Made by a program: the position numbers and the translations under genes | Shown: positions 7,701 to 15,916 of the stretch, piece by piece | How the letters are laid out: the number at the start of each line of letters is the position of its first letter | Position numbering within the stretch: position 1 is the stretch's first letter | The notes under the pieces: model-generated | The model's database searches: none | Told to the model about the DNA's origin: nothing | Seen by the model: the letters and a program-made list of their open reading frames with translations, nothing else | Assembly (NCBI GenBank): GCA_964541235.1 | Contig: CAZIPI010000014.1 | Location: forward strand, 666-64,665 | DNA: 64,000 nt | Reading direction: 5' to 3' | Source of the DNA: an uncultured bacterium | GTDB taxonomy: Bacteria; Fermentibacterota; Fermentibacteria; Fermentibacterales; JCC-6

Positions 7701-8906
7701 CTAAAGATGAGCCGCGGGATGGAAGGCAAGCCCTCCCTGGATGGAGTTCCAGGTCTCGGTGTACTCCAGCTCGGATGCCTGACGGCGAAGAACGATCCAC
7801 CCGGTGAACCCGTTCTTCATCCTGTACTCCAGGCCTCCCCCGTAGCTTTCGCGCCTTCTTGTTCCGCCGGTTCCCGGGATGCTGCTGGGGCCCTCCCAGA
7901 TCCTGCCGCTCACAAGGACCGAGAGCCCCCGGTAAACGCCGACCCTGGTCTCGAGCTCACCGAAGCGGGTGCTTATGAAACTCTCGGTGCCCTGCCCGTA
8001 AAGGCTCACGCTGGAGGGATGGTCGCCCCATCCCGCGAAAGCGAGCCTGAGCCGGCCGCCGGCCTGGAATGCCGCCAGACGGGTCTGGTCCTGGTCGAAA
8101 TCGAGCGTCTGGCAAACCGTGAAGTTGAAGGTCAGGTTGCGGGCAAGGGTCTGCACCGCCCTTAGTCTGGCGGTGGCCCTGTCCGGAAGGGAAGACCCGT
8201 TGTGGTCGTCTCCGCTCATGACCGAAAAGGCAAGGTCGGCCATCACCTGGGTACGTGTGGGAAGCCTGCGCGGCGCCAGGGAAGCGGCAAGGTCGACCCG
8301 GCCGTAGGTCTCGTCGAAGCCTGTTCCTTCGATGCTGGTGTTGTGGCTCACTCCGCTGACACCGATGTCTATTCCCAGAGGAGTGTACCAGACCGCTCCG
8401 CCCCCTGCCCTGGTCTCGGCCCAGGAAAGGTCCTGTTGGTCCTGGTCTGAAACGCTCCTGTTCCAGAGGCGGCCGAAGGCATTGAGCCTCACGGTGCCCG
8501 GAACTCCCCACTGAACATGGAGCCCGGGTCTCAGGGTGTTGTCTCGGACGGCGACGCCTTCCGAGCGGGGCAGCACCACGGCAGCGCTGTCAATGTCCGC
8601 TGTGAAACGGAAGTCGGGCCGCACAGTGAACCCGCCCTGACTGTAGTTCAGGGATACGGTGGTCTCGGACCGGTGGGTGGAGAACCTTGGAAGCGCGGCG
8701 TCATCACCGGAGGCCTTCCTGTAGGTCTGTTCCAGCTGGAACCGCCACGGCCCCTGAAAGAGCCTTACCCCGGCGGAGGCGTCAAGATAGGCCCCGCCGC
8801 CGTAGTTCACGCTGTCGTCGTTCACGGCTATCCTGGCGTACTCCTCGATGCCGAGGCCCATGCAGCAGGCGAACGCCCAGAACAGGAGAAGCATCGCTGT
8901 CTTCAT
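7701..8906 (-). CDS. Predicted outer-membrane beta-barrel protein (unknown family)
   Basis: Signal peptide MKTAMLLLFWAFACC (ATG 8906 overlaps the upstream stop). Composition is rich in alternating hydrophobic/polar residues and in Gly, Tyr, Arg and Asp, with no long hydrophobic helices after the signal peptide. Confidence 0.5.
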   Translation of the reverse strand: MKTAMLLLFWAFACCMGLGIEEYARIAVNDDSVNYGGGAYLDASAGVRLFQGPWRFQLEQTYRKASGDDAALPRFSTHRSETTVSLNYSQGGFTVRPDFRFTADIDSAAVVLPRSEGVAVRDNTLRPGLHVQWGVPGTVRLNAFGRLWNRSVSDQDQQDLSWAETRAGGGAVWYTPLGIDIGVSGVSHNTSIEGTGFDETYGRVDLAASLAPRRLPTRTQVMADLAFSVMSGDDHNGSSLPDRATARLRAVQTLARNLTFNFTVCQTLDFDQDQTRLAAFQAGGRLRLAFAGWGDHPSSVSLYGQGTESFISTRFGELETRVGVYRGLSVLVSGRIWEGPSSIPGTGGTRRRESYGGGLEYRMKNGFTGWIVLRRQASELEYTETWNSIQGGLAFHPAAHL

Positions 8907-9148
8907 CAGTACACCGCTCCCTTCGGGCATATCTCCACGCAGCGGTAGCAGAGGCGGCAGAGGCTTGGGTTGATCACGGCGTCGCCGTCAATCACCTCGA
9001 TGGCGTTGTAGGGGCAGACCTTCTCGCACTCGCCGCAGCCGATGCAGAGGTCGTTGTCCACCACCAGACCGGTGTTCTCGGTGGGGGGCGCGCAGGCGAA
9101 GAGAAGCATTGCGGCCGCCAGCAGAACCGTCTCAGTGAATCGCGTCAT
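8906..9148 (-). CDS. Small lipobox-bearing 2x[4Fe-4S] ferredoxin-domain protein
   Basis: MTRFTETVLLAAAMLLFAC (lipobox-like), then CIGCGECEKVCP and CRLCYRCVEICP. Confidence 0.7.
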   Translation of the reverse strand: MTRFTETVLLAAAMLLFACAPPTENTGLVVDNDLCIGCGECEKVCPYNAIEVIDGDAVINPSLCRLCYRCVEICPKGAVY

Positions 9149-9362
9149 ATGTGCATACCCCCTGGCAGAGCCCGCAGCCGATGCACTTCTCGGGGTCGAT
9201 CCTGGACTTGCCGTTCTCGATCTCGATGGCGTTCACCGGGCACACCCTTGAGCAGTCTCCGCACCCCGAGCAGTTGTCGGGCTCGACCCAGTACCTCACG
9301 GAGCCAAGGGCCAGGGCCGCCGCAAGGCACATCAGAAGGAACATCCCCCCCCGGATGCGCAT
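9132..9362 (-). CDS. Small signal-peptide-bearing 2x[4Fe-4S] ferredoxin-domain protein
   Basis: MRIRGGMFLLMCLAAALALG, then CSGCGDCSRVCP and CIGCGLCQGVC. Confidence 0.7.
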   Translation of the reverse strand: MRIRGGMFLLMCLAAALALGSVRYWVEPDNCSGCGDCSRVCPVNAIEIENGKSRIDPEKCIGCGLCQGVCTYDAIH

Positions 9363-9781
9363 CAGTACACCTCGAATTCCCCGGTTATGTGTGTTTCCTC
9401 ATCCCCGTTCACACCGTAGATGGCCACATTGCCCGATCCCACCGTCACTATTGCGTCCATGGGGCAAGATGCAACGCACGCTCCGCAGAGAATGCACTTT
9501 TCCGGATCTATCCATGCCTTGTTGTCCTCGGTCATGCTTATGGCATCCACGGGGCATGAGCTTATGCAGATCCTGCAGCCGATGCACGCGCCGGGGTCAA
9601 CGATGTAGTCCTCGTTCAGCTCCACCGAGCAGTGCTCCAAGGAGAGTTCTGCAAGCACCCGTCCGAATGCGATCACCCTCAAACCCTCGAAGTCACCCTC
9701 CACCGGCTGCCATGAAATGGTGAATAGCCCCGCGGCGGCCACGGCGGCAAGTGCGGGAACGATCAGCAGGAGTTTCTTCAT
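9362..9781 (-). CDS. Signal-peptide-bearing 2x[4Fe-4S] ferredoxin-domain protein
   Basis: MKKLLLIVPALAAVAAAG, then CIGCRICISSCP and CILCGACVASCP. The stop overlaps the next start. Confidence 0.7.
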   Translation of the reverse strand: MKKLLLIVPALAAVAAAGLFTISWQPVEGDFEGLRVIAFGRVLAELSLEHCSVELNEDYIVDPGACIGCRICISSCPVDAISMTEDNKAWIDPEKCILCGACVASCPMDAIVTVGSGNVAIYGVNGDEETHITGEFEVY

Positions 9782-9805
9782 TGTCCATCCTTTCGGCTCA
9801 TGGCA

Positions 9806-10777
9806 CTAGCTGCCGGGAGGGGGAGGAGGAACGTCAGGAAGAACCCCCGAGGGCAGCACCAGCCTTCTCACGGCATTGTTATGGGGATAATACTCATCCG
9901 GATTGATAACGCTGTTGTAGTTCCAGCACTCCAGGAAGCACTGGCCGCAGTTCACGCACAGGTCGGGATTGATGTAGACCTGGAAAGACTTCCCGTAAAC
10001 ATTCTCAAGGTCCTGCCAGATGGCGTCGTAGGGGCAGAGAGGGCCGGTGTAGACACCCCCGCTGGTAAAATCGTTGAGGAGCGAGCAGCCCGATACGCAT
10101 GTACCGGTGGAATCAGGCGCCGAGGGGGGACAGCGGAGACAGCCGCCGAACTGGGGCACCTGCTTGATGAAGTGTACCATGTACATGGCCCTGGATGAGA
10201 CCTGTATGTCGTCGGACGCCTGGTTCTCGCCGAAGAACGCCCTCACCCCCACATAGTAGTCCCGGCCCAGCCGGCCCCCGTCTATGGCCTTCACGGGGCA
10301 GGCGTCAATGCACAGGCCGCAGCTTCCGCAGAGGTCCTGGTCGATCACCGCCACCCCGTTCTGTATGGTTATGGCCCCCACCGGGCAGGCCCTTTCACAA
10401 AGGCCGCAGCCGATGCAGGCCTCGGGGATGACCTGGGGTTGAAGGAACACCAGGGCCGACTCGGCGGGCGCGGGTATCTGGCCGGCGACGATGGCGCTGT
10501 TCCAGTTCTCGAGGGTTATGGGAGTGGTGGAGAGCCTTGCCTGATACCATACGGCGCCCGGAACCGGCGAGAACCGCACCGTGAACGCCTTCAGCTCCCC
10601 CCCGTCAACCCAGGGGAGCAGCGCCGCCAGCTCCGGTGACATTGCGGTGTAGCCCGAGTCAACAAGAAGCGCGCCGGACTGGAGCACGGTGGGAGAGGTA
10701 GGCCTGGGGGATTCGGTGAGGCAGGCGGCCAGTACCGCCAGCGCCGCGGCCAGGGCGACAAACGTTCCTTTGAGCAT
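9806..10777 (-). CDS. Lipoprotein with 2x[4Fe-4S] ferredoxin domain plus additional Cys-cluster motifs
   Basis: GGAGGG RBS and ATG 10777 (the ORF extends to TTG 10798). MLKGTFVALAAALAVLAAC is a lipobox. Motifs: CIGCGLCERACP, CGSCGLCIDACP, CLRCPP...C..GC, CPYDAI, CVNCGQCFLEC. Confidence 0.7.
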   Translation of the reverse strand: MLKGTFVALAAALAVLAACLTESPRPTSPTVLQSGALLVDSGYTAMSPELAALLPWVDGGELKAFTVRFSPVPGAVWYQARLSTTPITLENWNSAIVAGQIPAPAESALVFLQPQVIPEACIGCGLCERACPVGAITIQNGVAVIDQDLCGSCGLCIDACPVKAIDGGRLGRDYYVGVRAFFGENQASDDIQVSSRAMYMVHFIKQVPQFGGCLRCPPSAPDSTGTCVSGCSLLNDFTSGGVYTGPLCPYDAIWQDLENVYGKSFQVYINPDLCVNCGQCFLECWNYNSVINPDEYYPHNNAVRRLVLPSGVLPDVPPPPPGS

Positions 10778-10832
10778 GGCAAGCCCTCCATTCCGCAAAC
10801 CTGTATAGTACGATCCTTTTAATACTCATTCA

Positions 10833-11285
10833 GTGGTTCGTGTTCCATGGGGGAACTCGAACTGCCGTACTATCGCACCGTTTCCATTCGGAGGCAAGGT
10901 TTCTGGAAACTGCGTCTCCGCGGGGATGAAGGGAGTTGCCGTGATGATCGCTCTTGACCCCTGCATTACAAGGAAGAAGCTGTTCGACGGCGATGGGGAG
11001 GCCCTGATAGAGAGCCTCTTCGACCCGGGCGACTTCACCGCCAGGGTCAGGCTGTGCGCCCGCATCACGCTCCCCGCGGGAGCCTCAATCGGCTACCACG
11101 TTCACCGGGATGAGGATGAGATCTACTACATACTCTCGGGCTCCGGGCAGGTCTCGGACGGAGTTGGAACACATCCCGTCGGCCCCGGCAGCGCCATACT
11201 CACAAGGAGCGGAGAGGGGCACGGGCTGGCCAACAGCGGAGAAGGGGACCTCGTTCTTCTGGCAGTGATCCCGTTGCACGGCTGA
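10833..11285 (+). CDS. Cupin-domain protein
   Basis: [23 protein letters not shown]...GEGHGL is a cupin_2 signature. The true start may be ATG 10926 (MKGVAVM). Confidence 0.6.
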   Translation: MVRVPWGNSNCRTIAPFPFGGKVSGNCVSAGMKGVAVMIALDPCITRKKLFDGDGEALIESLFDPGDFTARVRLCARITLPAGASIGYHVHRDEDEIYYILSGSGQVSDGVGTHPVGPGSAILTRSGEGHGLANSGEGDLVLLAVIPLHG

Positions 11286-11323
11286 GCAGTCCAGAGGCGT
11301 ATCCCGCATTCGAAGGCCCTGGA

Positions 11324-11346
11324 GGGGGAGGCTGCGAGCCTCCCCC
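11324..11346. terminator. Bidirectional hairpin between convergent genes
   Basis: Perfect 10-bp stem gggggaggct / agcctccccc with a 3-nt loop, lying between the stop at 11285 (+) and the stop at 11356 (-). Confidence 0.5.
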
Positions 11347-11355
11347 AATCTCAGG

Positions 11356-12675
11356 TCACTGGAGCACGAGCAGTTTGCCCGAGGCAAGCTCTCCGTCACA
11401 GACGATACCGTAGAAGTACACCCCGGAAGGCAGCCCTCCGGCGTCCATTCTCACGGTGTGGCTTCCGGACCCCAGGGTGCCCTCGTGCAGTGAGGAAACC
11501 CTTCTGCCTGTGCAGTCGTAGATGGCAAGTGTGACATCCGCCGGTACTGTGAGATCGAAGGTTATCCCGATCCCGCCAGTGGGTTCGACTCGACCGCTGT
11601 GACTTCCCAGCACCGCCGGCCGATCCAGAGGCAGGCGCTCACCTCCGTCGCATCCTCCCCATTTGTGGTGCATGGCTGAGCACAGGAAGTCAATGGCGAT
11701 GGGGAACCTCTCGGTAAGCTTGTCGAAGTGCCCCCCCACGAATACCTGATACTCGTAGTCTATTCCCATCACGTCCAGGGAACACGCGAAGGCGTTGGAG
11801 CTGGGAAGGATGTAGAACTGGTCCTGGGTGCCGGCATCGAAGTAGATCCTGCCGTCATGTCTCCAGGGAGGGCTCGCCAGGTTCTGAACAAGGTTGGGCA
11901 TGTTGTGCTGCATCCAGAGCGCCCAGACCTCGGGAACCAGCTGGGCATAAGGGTCCAGCGGCAGGTCCACGTAGAAGGGCGGGTTGGCCAGATTCGGCGA
12001 GAACGCCCCGGACATGCTGAAGAGGACCGCGTTGGCGAACCCGGCGCTGGGGGTGTAGAACCAGGGGGGGCCCTGCTGGCCCATGGCCTGCAGCTCTGCC
12101 AGCACTCCGTAAACGTTTATCGCGAGCATGCTGGGAAGATCGAGGCCGCTGGCGCATACCCCCGCCGCACAGCAGTAAAGGTCAGGATGCTGGCCGTAGT
12201 ACATCAGCGCCCCGTACCCGCCCATGGAATGGCCCATGAGGGCACGCTTCATCCTGCTGGGAATGGTTCTGAAGTTGGCGTCCGTCCATGCGATGAGGTC
12301 GGTGGACATGTAGCCTTCCAGATCGCCGTACAGGGCCGAGCTGGTGTAGAAGGAGGCCGGGTAGGGGGATGAGAACCCATCCGGTCTCACTACGATGACC
12401 GGTTTGATCTGGTGTGTCTCGATCATCTCGTCCAGTGCTGCCACCAGCGTGGGAAACTCGTTGTGGCCCAGAAGAATGCCGGCGCCGTGGAAGTAGTAGA
12501 TAACGGGGTACCTTCCCCCTCCCCGGGGCTGATAGCCCTCGGGAAGGTACACCTGCACGTTCTTCTCCTGACCCAGCGCCGGGCTGTAGAAGGAAGTGTT
12601 CAGCACGGTCCCCCCCGCGAACGCCTCCCATGGAAGTGCCAGAAGAAGAAGTGCCGCCATCATCAGCCTGTACAT
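11356..12675 (-). CDS. Secreted alpha/beta-hydrolase esterase (esterase D/'putative esterase' family) with T9SS-type C-terminal domain
   Basis: Signal peptide MYRLMMAALLLLALPWEAFA (ATG 12675). YPVIYYFHG and GHSMGGYGAL form the nucleophile elbow. C-terminal ...YDCTGRRVSSLHEG...LPSGVYFYGIV...KLLVLQ. Confidence 0.75.
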   Translation of the reverse strand: MYRLMMAALLLLALPWEAFAGGTVLNTSFYSPALGQEKNVQVYLPEGYQPRGGGRYPVIYYFHGAGILLGHNEFPTLVAALDEMIETHQIKPVIVVRPDGFSSPYPASFYTSSALYGDLEGYMSTDLIAWTDANFRTIPSRMKRALMGHSMGGYGALMYYGQHPDLYCCAAGVCASGLDLPSMLAINVYGVLAELQAMGQQGPPWFYTPSAGFANAVLFSMSGAFSPNLANPPFYVDLPLDPYAQLVPEVWALWMQHNMPNLVQNLASPPWRHDGRIYFDAGTQDQFYILPSSNAFACSLDVMGIDYEYQVFVGGHFDKLTERFPIAIDFLCSAMHHKWGGCDGGERLPLDRPAVLGSHSGRVEPTGGIGITFDLTVPADVTLAIYDCTGRRVSSLHEGTLGSGSHTVRMDAGGLPSGVYFYGIVCDGELASGKLLVLQ

Positions 12676-13094
12676 TTCTGTACACCCCTCTCCCGCATTG
12701 CCGCTACAACCGGTGTTTCCGGTGTTCCGGCAGAACCGGCACCAGAACGCCCGGAGGGTGAAGCGGGAGACAAGGGAGTTGGAGGAAACTCTCCAAGCCT
12801 GTTGCCGACACTGCCGACAGCAGCCCACGCGTGTGTATATATGCCGGTGTAAGTGTTGTCAATGGCATGGGAATATGAAATGTTAGTGCAATACTTCTTT
12901 ACATATACATTTGATAGTGAATAATAGTACCGTATTTATTGCTTGTATAAACATGGCTGTAACAATCTATATATCTATGCATATGATGCATAATATACTA
13001 TTGATGTTGCCGCTGATAATGCCGGGTACCCCCGCATACTCCACAGGCTTAACATTGATTTCAGCCAATGCGTGGTTATAGTAACCCCTCCGGC

Positions 13095-13184
13095 GGAGGG
13101 GTGCCGGAGCGGTTGAACGGGACGGTCTCGAAAACCGTTGACTCCTTTCGGGGTCCGTGGGTTCGAATCCCACCCCCTCCGCCA
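13095..13184 (+). tRNA. tRNA-Ser (anticodon CGA), encoded CCA end
   Basis: Acceptor GGAGGGG/CCCCTCC. Anticodon stem ACGGT/ACCGT with loop CTCGAAA. Long variable arm. T-arm GGGTTCGAATCCC. 3' GCCA. Confidence 0.9.
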
Positions 13185-13196
13185 GTTGATACAGAG

Positions 13197-13220
13197 GCCG
13201 CCGGGAGGTTCCCCGGCGGC
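13197..13220 (+). terminator. Hairpin downstream of tRNA-Ser
   Basis: Perfect 9-bp stem gccgccggg / cccggcggc with a 6-nt loop, followed by ttctgggtt (a weak T tract). Confidence 0.45.
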
Positions 13221-13511
13221 TTCTGGGTTCATCAGTTCAAGATGACACACCCGTGTCCTATGCACATCAGTTTAACAACAACCGATCCGTGAAGACCCGG
13301 GAACTCTTCTGCTCCTCGAAGAGGGCAGATGTTTCACATCGAACTGCATTCGGCGGAACAATGCCCTTCCCGCCGGTGAGAGGGCTTCAGATCGTGATGC
13401 TTCTTCGGCACCTCCAGGGGTGTGTATCGTGAGGGTGCAGGCAAGCGTCCGTTATGGTATATGCCGTCATCCCGGGTTGGGAGCAGGGATATGGAAGAAT
13501 CCTGAAAAGGG

Positions 13512-13536
13512 CCGGGGAGGGCGATGCCCTCCCCGG
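13512..13536 (-). terminator. Hairpin terminator of the M28 peptidase gene
   Basis: 11-bp stem ccggggagggc / gccctccccgg with a 3-nt loop, followed on the minus strand by CTTTTCAGG. It lies 10 nt after the stop at 13546. Confidence 0.5.
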
Positions 13537-13545
13537 AGCACTTCT

Positions 13546-15081
13546 CTACCGCGCAACCACCATGCGGGCGTTGCGCGAGCTTCCCCCGGAGGTTACCCTG
13601 ACGGTATAGACGCCTATGGGAAGGGAAGAGGCGTCCACCGAAACCTGGTTCTCGCCGGGGGTGAGGAGCAGTGTCTCCCTCCGGACGGACCTGCCGGCTA
13701 TGTCGAAGACATGAAGGACCGCCTGGGCCTGAGCCTGCGCCTGCACCCTCACTACCGCCGAGGCGGACACCGGGTTGGGGGAGACGCTGAGGGCCGCACC
13801 GCTGAACACCGGAGTGCTGGCTCCACCGGCTATGCCGGTGCCCACCGGGTTCGCAAGATAGGCCACGGTTGCGATGGATGCCTTGGCCATGTTGGTGCCG
13901 AAGGGGAAGTACTGGAGGTAGTTGGCCATGAGGTCGGAGGTCTGGTGGTAGTAGGGGTTGCTGAAGACCTGACGTTCGATGTTGAGCATGGCCGCATAAC
14001 CGTTGTACCAGAAGCTGGCGTGATCGCTGGCGCTGGAGGGGCTGGATGCCACCTGCTTCACAAGGGCGGGCACATATGTGTCGCTTATGGCCTGGAAGGC
14101 CACGCCCAGACCGGAGGAGGCGGTGTTGTAGTGAAGCCATGCGATGTCGTTCCCCGCCGGGCCGTAGAATATCATGTCAAGGTTCACCACGCCCATGATG
14201 CTGTCGCCTGCCGCCGATGCCTGTGAAGCGTAGTAGGCGCTTCCGTAGAGGCCCTGTTCCTCGCCTCCGAACAGCATGTACTTCACGGTGTACTCGAACT
14301 GGTACTGGCTCATAATCCTCGCGGCTTCGATAACGGCCGCGGAGCCGCTGCCGTTGTCGTCCGCGCCCGGAGCGTCGTAGTAGGGGTTGGGCGAGGTGCT
14401 GTCGAGGTGGCCGCATATCACCCAGTACCGGTTGGGGTAAAGGGTTCCGGTCTGGGTGGCTATGACGTTCTGGCAGGTGTAGCTGCTCATGGGGAAGGGC
14501 TGTATCACTGTTTCAAGGCCCATGGCGTTGAACCTGTCCTGGCTCCAGGCGCAGGCGGTGTCGAAACCGTCGGAGTTCGAATGCCTTGTAAGGTAGTTCT
14601 GGTAGTTGGTGGTGTAGGAGATCAGTGAATCCTGGTTCACCGCCTCCACTATGTCCGCCACCATTCCGTCGTAACCGCTTCTCATGGGGATGGGGATGGG
14701 GTCGGCCGGGGCCCTGGTCTCGCGCAGGGGCTGGACATGATGGATCCCGGGGCGAACGAAGGGGTCGGGCACCGGCCTGTGAAGCCTGACTATCACGGAG
14801 TGGCCGTCGCGGTAAACCGGCTCGCCTATGGCGGAAATGTCATCCAGCCCGCTTTCGTTCCTGATGGTGACCAGGGCGTAGTCGGAGATACCGGCTGCAC
14901 CCGTGTCAAGGAGCCTGGAACCGTCCGTGGCGGACCCGAGGGCCACCACGTGATCGCTGGCCCTGTAAACCACCACATACCCGGCATCGGCGGTCGCTGA
15001 GCCGTCGGGAATGATAAAAAGCCCTGCGGCCTGAGCATTTACAGCAATGAGAAGTGCCGTGAGAATACATGCAGTCTTCAT
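13546..15081 (-). CDS. Secreted M28-family aminopeptidase with T9SS-type C-terminal domain
   Basis: Signal peptide MKTACILTALLIAVNAQA. GHLDS...GADDNGSGSAAVIEAARI is an M28 zinc-ligand motif. C-terminal ...VFDIAGRSVRRE...LPIGVYTVRV. Confidence 0.8.
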   Translation of the reverse strand: MKTACILTALLIAVNAQAAGLFIIPDGSATADAGYVVVYRASDHVVALGSATDGSRLLDTGAAGISDYALVTIRNESGLDDISAIGEPVYRDGHSVIVRLHRPVPDPFVRPGIHHVQPLRETRAPADPIPIPMRSGYDGMVADIVEAVNQDSLISYTTNYQNYLTRHSNSDGFDTACAWSQDRFNAMGLETVIQPFPMSSYTCQNVIATQTGTLYPNRYWVICGHLDSTSPNPYYDAPGADDNGSGSAAVIEAARIMSQYQFEYTVKYMLFGGEEQGLYGSAYYASQASAAGDSIMGVVNLDMIFYGPAGNDIAWLHYNTASSGLGVAFQAISDTYVPALVKQVASSPSSASDHASFWYNGYAAMLNIERQVFSNPYYHQTSDLMANYLQYFPFGTNMAKASIATVAYLANPVGTGIAGGASTPVFSGAALSVSPNPVSASAVVRVQAQAQAQAVLHVFDIAGRSVRRETLLLTPGENQVSVDASSLPIGVYTVRVTSGGSSRNARMVVAR

Positions 15082-15130
15082 GGGACACCTTCCGTATGTA
15101 TGGGAAACGCCTGTGTTTTACAAATATGCT

Positions 15131-15916
15131 CTACTCCCCGGGGACGGTACAGTTCCCTGCCAGGTGGTGGAGTATGATGGATGCCGACACCCCGGCGTTG
15201 AGGGAATCCACTCCATCGGCCATGGGAATGGACACCGATACCGAGATGCACTCCCTCACCGCGGGAGAGAGACCGTGTGCCTCCGAGCCCACCACGACGC
15301 AGACCGGGCCCCCGGGCCGGAACCCGCTCAGGGGCATTCCGCCAGTCTCGGCACCGGCGAAGGTGTACCCGGGATACCTGACAGCCAGCCCTTGAAGGGA
15401 GTCGGCGACGACGACCGGAAGACTGATGTTGGTCCCGGCGGCGGCCCTGGTGGTCTTCGGGCCGAACGGGTAGGCGCTTCCGGGGAGGAAGACCACCCCG
15501 GAGAACCGGAAAGCCGCCGCTGAGCGAACCGCCGTTCCGGCGTTGCCAGGATCGGAGACCCCGTCGAGAGCCAGAACGTGGCCTCCGTTGAATACTTGGT
15601 CATGGCCCCACTTCGGAAGGGGGAAGACGGCGGCGATCCCCTGGGGCGTCTTCGTGGAGGAGACTTTCGCGAACACACGGGGGTCCACTTCGAGGACCTC
15701 ACAGCCCCGGGCCCTGGCCTCGTCCGCGGCGGAAAGCGCCTCTCCGGTGGCGTTCAGGGATACAAGCACGAACAGCGGCTTCAGTTCCCCGGCACAGTCC
15801 AGGAACCTGGGGCCCTCAACCAGAAAGGCGCCGTGCTCCTCACAGCCCGAGGGCCTGTGAAGGGAGGCCGCCAGCTTGACCCTCCTGTTGCCGGGGCTTG
15901 TTACCGGTATCGTCAA
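15131..15916 (-). CDS. TrmH/SpoU-family RNA 2'-O-methyltransferase
   Basis: LDGVSDPGNAGTAVRSAAAF and IPMADGVDSLNAGVSASIILH are SpoU methylase motifs. Confidence 0.8.
   Translation of the reverse strand: MTIPVTSPGNRRVKLAASLHRPSGCEEHGAFLVEGPRFLDCAGELKPLFVLVSLNATGEALSAADEARARGCEVLEVDPRVFAKVSSTKTPQGIAAVFPLPKWGHDQVFNGGHVLALDGVSDPGNAGTAVRSAAAFRFSGVVFLPGSAYPFGPKTTRAAAGTNISLPVVVADSLQGLAVRYPGYTFAGAETGGMPLSGFRPGGPVCVVVGSEAHGLSPAVRECISVSVSIPMADGVDSLNAGVSASIILHHLAGNCTVPGE

Noticed and set aside
13095-13184. Possibility that the tRNA is tRNA-Sec supporting the candidate selenoproteins
   Set aside because: The anticodon loop CTCGAAA gives anticodon CGA (Ser), not UCA. The 7-bp acceptor stem and overall form fit an ordinary class II tRNA-Ser.
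13230-13500. Small ORFs or an ncRNA in the ~300-bp gap between the tRNA-Ser terminator and the M28 peptidase terminator
   Set aside because: The ORF-track ORFs here (for example 13334-14140 minus and 13420-14226 plus) run into and overlap the peptidase gene in wrong frames. I could not identify a convincing structure or coding signal by eye, so the region is left unannotated.
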